Positions 59,291 to 64,000 of a stretch of 64,000 nt of DNA are shown piece after piece (within the stretch, counting starts at the first letter, position 1; each line of letters opens with the position of its first letter). A program made the translations under genes and the position numbers. Source of the stretch: Polyangiaceae bacterium (lineage in GTDB: Bacteria; Myxococcota_A; Polyangia; Polyangiales; Polyangiaceae); assembly GCA_965222375.1 (NCBI GenBank), contig CBDCTZ010000016.1:736001-800000 (forward strand). Direction: 5' to 3'. The notes beneath the pieces were generated by a model, which searched no databases, was not told where the DNA came from, and was given only the letters and a program-made list of their open reading frames with translations.

Positions 59291-60160
59291 ATGACCCCCC
59301 TAGAAAGAGCTTGGCGCGGGACTCGAAACGATTGGCGGCTTCATTCGCTGAGCGTCTTTTCGGTGGCGGTGGCCTTCGTGTGCCTGGCTGCCGCGCTTCT
59401 CGTCGTTGTCAACGTCCAGGCCATCAAGAACCGCTGGAGTGAAAGCGGGCGCGCTTCCGTGTACCTCAAGCCCGAGGCCACTCCGGCGCAGATCCAAGCG
59501 ATCGAAAACGCACTGCGCAGCACGCCCGGGGTTACCGATGTCCGTTTCGTCAGCAGCGAAGACGCGCGACAGGAGGTGCTCGGAAGCTCCAAGGGCGACG
59601 TCCTCTCGGCGTTGCCCGCCGAGGCGTTCCCGGCGTCTCTAGAGGTGCGGGTAGCGGACGACAGTGACGCGACGCAGCTGAGCAAGTTGTCATCTCAGCT
59701 GGGGAACCTCCCGGCGGTAGAGGCCGTTGAAACCTATGAAGACTGGGGTGAGCGATTGGGCAGCCTGCTCGCCGGTGGCACCACGGCTTCCTTGGTCCTT
59801 GCGTTGGTCGTGTTGGCAGCAGTTGTGAGCGTCGTGTCTTCGACGATTCGCCTGTCGCTTCAGCGGCGGCGGATCGAGGTTGAGGTTCTGAAGCTAGTCG
59901 GGGCCACGGATTCTTACGTGCGTCGACCTTTCGTGCTCGAGGGGGCAGCGCAGGGAGCTCTAGGCGCGTTCTGCGCGATACTCATTCTCGGCGTTCTGTA
60001 CGCCATCGTTCGAGAAAACTTCGACAGCCAGCTTTCCGTGCTGCTTGGCGTGACGCCCACGTTCTTGCCGTGGACCGCCGTGTTCGGGATGGTGAGCCTT
60101 GGCGGTCTTCTGGGCGCGCTGGCTGCTTTTGGAAGCCTCCGCAAGCTGCTCAGCGTGTGA
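59291..60160 (+). CDS. ftsX: Cell-division permease FtsX
   Basis: Four-TM topology with a periplasmic loop; FPASLEV; STIRL...RRIEVEVLKLVGATDSYVRRPFVLEG. Confidence 0.92.
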   Translation: MTPLERAWRGTRNDWRLHSLSVFSVAVAFVCLAAALLVVVNVQAIKNRWSESGRASVYLKPEATPAQIQAIENALRSTPGVTDVRFVSSEDARQEVLGSSKGDVLSALPAEAFPASLEVRVADDSDATQLSKLSSQLGNLPAVEAVETYEDWGERLGSLLAGGTTASLVLALVVLAAVVSVVSSTIRLSLQRRRIEVEVLKLVGATDSYVRRPFVLEGAAQGALGAFCAILILGVLYAIVRENFDSQLSVLLGVTPTFLPWTAVFGMVSLGGLLGALAAFGSLRKLLSV

Positions 60161-60166
60161 TGTGAC

Positions 60167-61165
60167 ATGAGCTCACGACTTCGCTTCGCCTTGGTCGTCG
60201 CAGCAGGTGCCGCGGTCGCGCCGCTTTCGGCTGGCCAAACCGCGCCGCCTCTCAGCGTCCCACCACCGGCGTTGCCGGCTGTGTCCCCCCCGCCGCCCGC
60301 AGCGACCATGCTCGATCCCGAGAGGCGCGTGGAAGAGCTCCGGCGCAAAGAACGCGCTGTCAAGAAGGACCTCGAGGTCTTGAAGCAGGAAGCCGAGCGA
60401 GCGCGAGTGCGCACGGTTGCCCGAGGCCGGACCTACGTCCGCCTCGCTCGCGCAGGGCTCCTGCCCGTGGGTGGAGGCTTCGAGGCGACCATTGATCACG
60501 CCTCCAAGATTGAACGCCTACACCGGGCCATTGCCCGAGACATCGAGCTGGAGCGGAAATTAGCAGGGCGTCGCGTGTCGCTTTCCAAGCGGCTAGACGC
60601 TCTCCGCGCACAGCGTGAGCCCTTGGAGGTTCAAGCTCGCGCAACGGCACATGCTCGCGGCGCGATCCTCGCGGCACAAGACCGTGCTCTGGCATTCCAG
60701 CGCGCTTTCGAGAGCAGCGGGACGGCACCGCACACTGCCATCTATGGAGGCATTGGGCCCATCGATCCCTCGGCTGCGGCGTCGGGTATGGCTTCGATGA
60801 AGGGGCGTTTGCCGTTCCCCATTACGGGTCGGTCGGAGATCCACTCGGCCCGGCGCCCTGGCGCCGACGGCCCGGGTTTGGAGATGCGCGCTCCTCGCGG
60901 AACGCCCGTCCGGGCGGTCTATCCCGGCCGCGTCGCATTCGCGGACAGCTACGCCGCCTACGGTAAGACCATCATCGTCGAGCACGGAGATCGCCACTAC
61001 ACGGTCAGCGCCAATCTCGACGAGATCGCCGTCAAGGCGGGAGAGGACGTCAGGACCGGCGCTCGGATTGGATCCGTCGGCGATACCGGTCAGGGATCGA
61101 TGCTGTACTTCGAGATCCGCGTGGGCACCGAAACGGTGGATCCTGCGGAATGGTTCGGAATCTGA
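60167..61165 (+). CDS. envC: EnvC-like coiled-coil protein with degenerate M23 domain (murein hydrolase activator)
   Basis: Signal peptide; coiled coil; KGRLPFP, YGKTIIVEHG, LYFEIR (zinc ligands absent); third gene after ftsEX. Confidence 0.8.
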   Translation: MSSRLRFALVVAAGAAVAPLSAGQTAPPLSVPPPALPAVSPPPPAATMLDPERRVEELRRKERAVKKDLEVLKQEAERARVRTVARGRTYVRLARAGLLPVGGGFEATIDHASKIERLHRAIARDIELERKLAGRRVSLSKRLDALRAQREPLEVQARATAHARGAILAAQDRALAFQRAFESSGTAPHTAIYGGIGPIDPSAAASGMASMKGRLPFPITGRSEIHSARRPGADGPGLEMRAPRGTPVRAVYPGRVAFADSYAAYGKTIIVEHGDRHYTVSANLDEIAVKAGEDVRTGARIGSVGDTGQGSMLYFEIRVGTETVDPAEWFGI

Positions 61166-61238
61166 AAATCGGACGCAACTGCCCTGCCGAGTGGCCGAGG
61201 AGAGCTCCATTGCCGTTGATTTGTACGGAGGTTTTCTC

Positions 61239-61676
61239 ATGACGACTCGAATTTCCACAGGTGGTCCTTCAACGGACGTCTCCTCATCCCCCTCAGCCGC
61301 TCGCGTGACGGCGCCCCCCGCCAGACCCTTCAAACAGGTCATGAATGCGGGCGCTCGTGCTGTCCTCGGCGGAGCCGAAACCGCGTTGCGGCGTCTGCCT
61401 GGCGGGCCCATCCTCGGCGCCGCGGTGCGACCCGGTGGAGCACCTGGATCCGCCTCCCCGGGGGCACGGCCCGAAGGTGCAACCGGTACGGCAGGCGAGG
61501 GCAGCGTCGGGCAGCCCGGAGTCGAGGAAATGCTGTCACATAACGCTGACATGAATCTGTACTACCTGCAGCTACAGGAGCAGATCAGTGCGGAAAGCCG
61601 CGCGTACTCCACGATGTCCAATGTGCTGAAGGCGCGACACGACACCGTGAAAAACGCCATCGGCAATATCCGCTGA
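61239..61676 (+). CDS. Hypothetical protein with T3SS needle/filament-like C-terminal helix
   Basis: GGAGG RBS; low-complexity N-terminus; YLQLQEQISAESRAYSTMSNVLKARHDTVKNAIGNIR. Confidence 0.7.
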   Translation: MTTRISTGGPSTDVSSSPSAARVTAPPARPFKQVMNAGARAVLGGAETALRRLPGGPILGAAVRPGGAPGSASPGARPEGATGTAGEGSVGQPGVEEMLSHNADMNLYYLQLQEQISAESRAYSTMSNVLKARHDTVKNAIGNIR

Positions 61677-61711
61677 GTGCGTTCCGCCAGTTCCTACGAT
61701 AGGCTGGAAGC

Positions 61712-62053
61712 ATGGGCATTGACGGAATCGGCAAGCCGCCCGGCGGTGTTCCGCCTGGCGGGCCCGCGGGCGTCGGAGAAGCGGCCAAGACTGGGAAGAG
61801 CTTCAGTGTCGATGCTTCCAAGCCTGTCGAGGGCGCGCAGAACGACAGCTTGGCGCGGTTGTCGCGTGGAGAGATTACGCTCGACCAGTACCTCGACGAG
61901 AGTGTCGCCACGGCGGTGGCACCCTTGGAAGGCCAGCTCAGTGCTGAGCAACTGGAGTTCGTGCGCGGGACTCTGCGCGAACAGATGGTGTCGGATCCTG
62001 TACTCGTCGATCTCGTCAAGCGCGCTACGGGGGAGGCGCCGAATCCGGGTTGA
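61712..62053 (+). CDS. Small hypothetical protein
   Basis: MGIDGIGKPPGG disordered N-terminus; helical C-terminal domain (GEITLDQYLD...SDPVL). Confidence 0.7.
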   Translation: MGIDGIGKPPGGVPPGGPAGVGEAAKTGKSFSVDASKPVEGAQNDSLARLSRGEITLDQYLDESVATAVAPLEGQLSAEQLEFVRGTLREQMVSDPVLVDLVKRATGEAPNPG

Positions 62054-62121
62054 GCACTCTTGAGGGGGCCTCGTTCGTCGCATGACGCGGCGTCGCAATC
62101 AGGGTAAGAGCTGTTTCGCCC

Positions 62122-64000
62122 ATGGCGCGTGATCGCTCTCGGCTTCGCCTATACACTCTTCTCGATGTCGCCGCTGAGGGCGCGCGGGTGGAAGAGTTTG
62201 GCCAATTGGCAGTGCGCCTGGCGGAATCCAAGCGCCGAGGCGCCACACTGCCGGACACCTGGGTGGTGCCCGCCTTCGCCTTTCGCATGCAGGTCGATGA
62301 GCGTCTGCCGCCGGGGCACGATCTCGGCTCACTGATCCGGGCGATCCGCAAGCCGAGCGGAATCGAACGCGCAGCGCGCGCTTTCGAGCGCCTCCAAGCC
62401 GAGCCACTGCCCGACGTGCTCTCGGACTCCATCGCGACCCAAGTCGGCGAGCCTGGCCCGCTCGGTTTCCGTGCGATCGCGAGCCTGGGACATCCGGATC
62501 CGACCACGGTCGCCTTGGCCGGCATGGACTGCGAACTCATCGTCACGGACGTTGCCGCAGCCATTCGCCGCGTGTGGGCGAGCAGCTGCATGGAGGTGTC
62601 GCTGCGAGCCTTGCAAGACGTTGGTGCCCGGGACCTGTCGGTGGCGGTTGTGCTGCAACGCCTTCCCGCCGTAGCGGCGACGTTGCGGGTGCTCACCGCT
62701 CGCCCCGGCGTTCTTCCCAAGCTGAACGACAGCAACTCTCCACCGCTGCCGGCCGAAAGGCGCTGGGTGATGGTTGCCGGACTTGGACCCAAGCTGCACG
62801 TTGAGCGGGGCTCGCTCTTGGCGGACCAGGTTGTTGTCGACGCTGCGGGGCAGGCCACATGCTTGGCCGCAGACAAGCGGGTAGATGGCGCAGAAGCCTC
62901 GGGTGCATCGGCGGAGCTCCGTCGGAAACCCGCGGTCGACCACGCCGTCTTGGAAGGCCTGCCCGTCGACGTTCGTCAGGCGGTGGACGCCGAGCCTGCC
63001 CTCCTCACCTACGCCGTGGATGAGGAAGACAAGACCTGGCTGACGGATATCGAAGCCGTTGTTGGTGGCGCGTACCCCGGTGCGGGGGAGTCCCTGACCG
63101 TTTGGTCGCGTTCCGGGTTGGACGCCTTGCTACCTCGGGTACCCACTCCCCTGACTGCAGGCCTGGTCGCCCAAGCCAGTGAGGCCAGTCTTCGGGAGTC
63201 GATCGCGCAGTTGGGCGGAAAGATGCCTCGCTCCTCACGGCTGGTGGAGAGCGTTCACGGTCGTCCCTACTTTGACCTCTCGGCGTTGTTTCACGTGGTG
63301 CGGAGCGTTCCAGGTCTCGACCCCACGGCGCTGCTCGATTTGGTTCGGGGTGCGTCGACCGATGATGTTCTGAGCGCCTTGGAGTTGCGACCCAAGCGTC
63401 CTTCGCTTGCAGCTCTGTCCTTGGCCGCCGCGCGACTGCTGACTCGCGAGCGGCGCTTGATGGAAGCGCAAACGGATTTCGAACGGCGCGCGGGTGACCA
63501 GCGCAAATGGCTGCTGGAAATGGATCTCGCCATCTTGCCCGACGACGCGTTGAAGACGACGTTGCGCGAGAGCTTCGAGTTTTTTCATGCGACCGCCGGG
63601 CTGCTGCTCAGCAGTTCTCTCGCGTACTTGTCCGCATTCGTAGCAGTTCGAGCGGTAATCGCCCGGTCGGTTCCAGCCGATGCGGGTCGATTGGCACATC
63701 GAGTTTGTGCCGGAGCAGGGGAACTCGAGACGACTGCTTCAGCCGTGGCTCTGGGCCACGTTGTGCAGATACTTCGGAGCGACGAAGCCGCCCAGGCGGC
63801 GCTACAGGGCGAGGCCGAGGCGAGCGGGCTTCCCGCCGGTCCGGCCCAGCGTGCACTTCAGCAATGGTTGACCGCCTTCGGGGACCGCGGTTGGACCGAG
63901 CCCGAGATAGCGGCGCCCCGCTTCGGCGAGCAACCCGAACGCGTGCTGGATATGTTGCGAATGAACTTGGGCGCAGAAACCGATCTGGACGGCCGCATGT
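62122..64000 (+). CDS. PEP-utilising enzyme (PPDK_N / rifampin-phosphotransferase-like architecture), degenerate, 3'-truncated by the window edge
   Basis: Not in the ORF track (no stop within the window). Translated: LPDTWVVPAFAF, AIRRVWAS, VAVVLQR, VWSRSGLDALLPRVPTPLT, HGRPYFDLS, FGDRGWTEPEIAAPRFGEQP. Confidence 0.75.
   Translation, partial: MARDRSRLRLYTLLDVAAEGARVEEFGQLAVRLAESKRRGATLPDTWVVPAFAFRMQVDERLPPGHDLGSLIRAIRKPSGIERAARAFERLQAEPLPDVLSDSIATQVGEPGPLGFRAIASLGHPDPTTVALAGMDCELIVTDVAAAIRRVWASSCMEVSLRALQDVGARDLSVAVVLQRLPAVAATLRVLTARPGVLPKLNDSNSPPLPAERRWVMVAGLGPKLHVERGSLLADQVVVDAAGQATCLAADKRVDGAEASGASAELRRKPAVDHAVLEGLPVDVRQAVDAEPALLTYAVDEEDKTWLTDIEAVVGGAYPGAGESLTVWSRSGLDALLPRVPTPLTAGLVAQASEASLRESIAQLGGKMPRSSRLVESVHGRPYFDLSALFHVVRSVPGLDPTALLDLVRGASTDDVLSALELRPKRPSLAALSLAAARLLTRERRLMEAQTDFERRAGDQRKWLLEMDLAILPDDALKTTLRESFEFFHATAGLLLSSSLAYLSAFVAVRAVIARSVPADAGRLAHRVCAGAGELETTASAVALGHVVQILRSDEAAQAALQGEAEASGLPAGPAQRALQQWLTAFGDRGWTEPEIAAPRFGEQPERVLDMLRMNLGAETDLDGRM

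Noticed and set aside
60780..61165. Missing zinc ligands in the M23 domain as a novelty
   Set aside because: A degenerate LytM domain is the normal state for EnvC-type activators encoded with ftsEX.

Overview
GC-rich chromosomal segment, most likely from a Myxococcota (Polyangiaceae-like) genome, inferred from MYXO-CTERM-type GCGCR sorting tails, many Gly/Cys-rich lipoproteins, a TIGR02266/PilZ-like protein and Ser/Thr kinase plus TPR/PEGA genes. The left half (~1-34 kb) is accessory. It holds secreted and surface proteins, several decayed gene fragments, and a long minus-strand run: DUF2760, Hsp70-like, [3 kb of gene debris], Hsp70-like, pseudokinase/HEAT, degenerate HD-GYP-like, ECF sigma, zinc anti-sigma, STN/bactofilin membrane protein. 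The right half is mostly housekeeping: Nif3, cysE, NUDIX, nadK, eno, HD-GYP, phoH, a PBP, an Omp85-family protein, an fmt-like gene and ftsE-ftsX-envC. It ends in a T3SS-filament-like orphan pair and a truncated, degenerate PEP-utilising enzyme. I found no tRNA, rRNA, CRISPR array, integrase or transposase. The best candidates for undescribed biology are the ECF/anti-sigma/STN-bactofilin cassette, the double pseudo-enzyme module beside the Hsp70 pair, the needle-like orphan after ftsEX-envC, and a 46-aa basic protein absent from the ORF track. All calls come from reading motifs by eye; no database searches were run.
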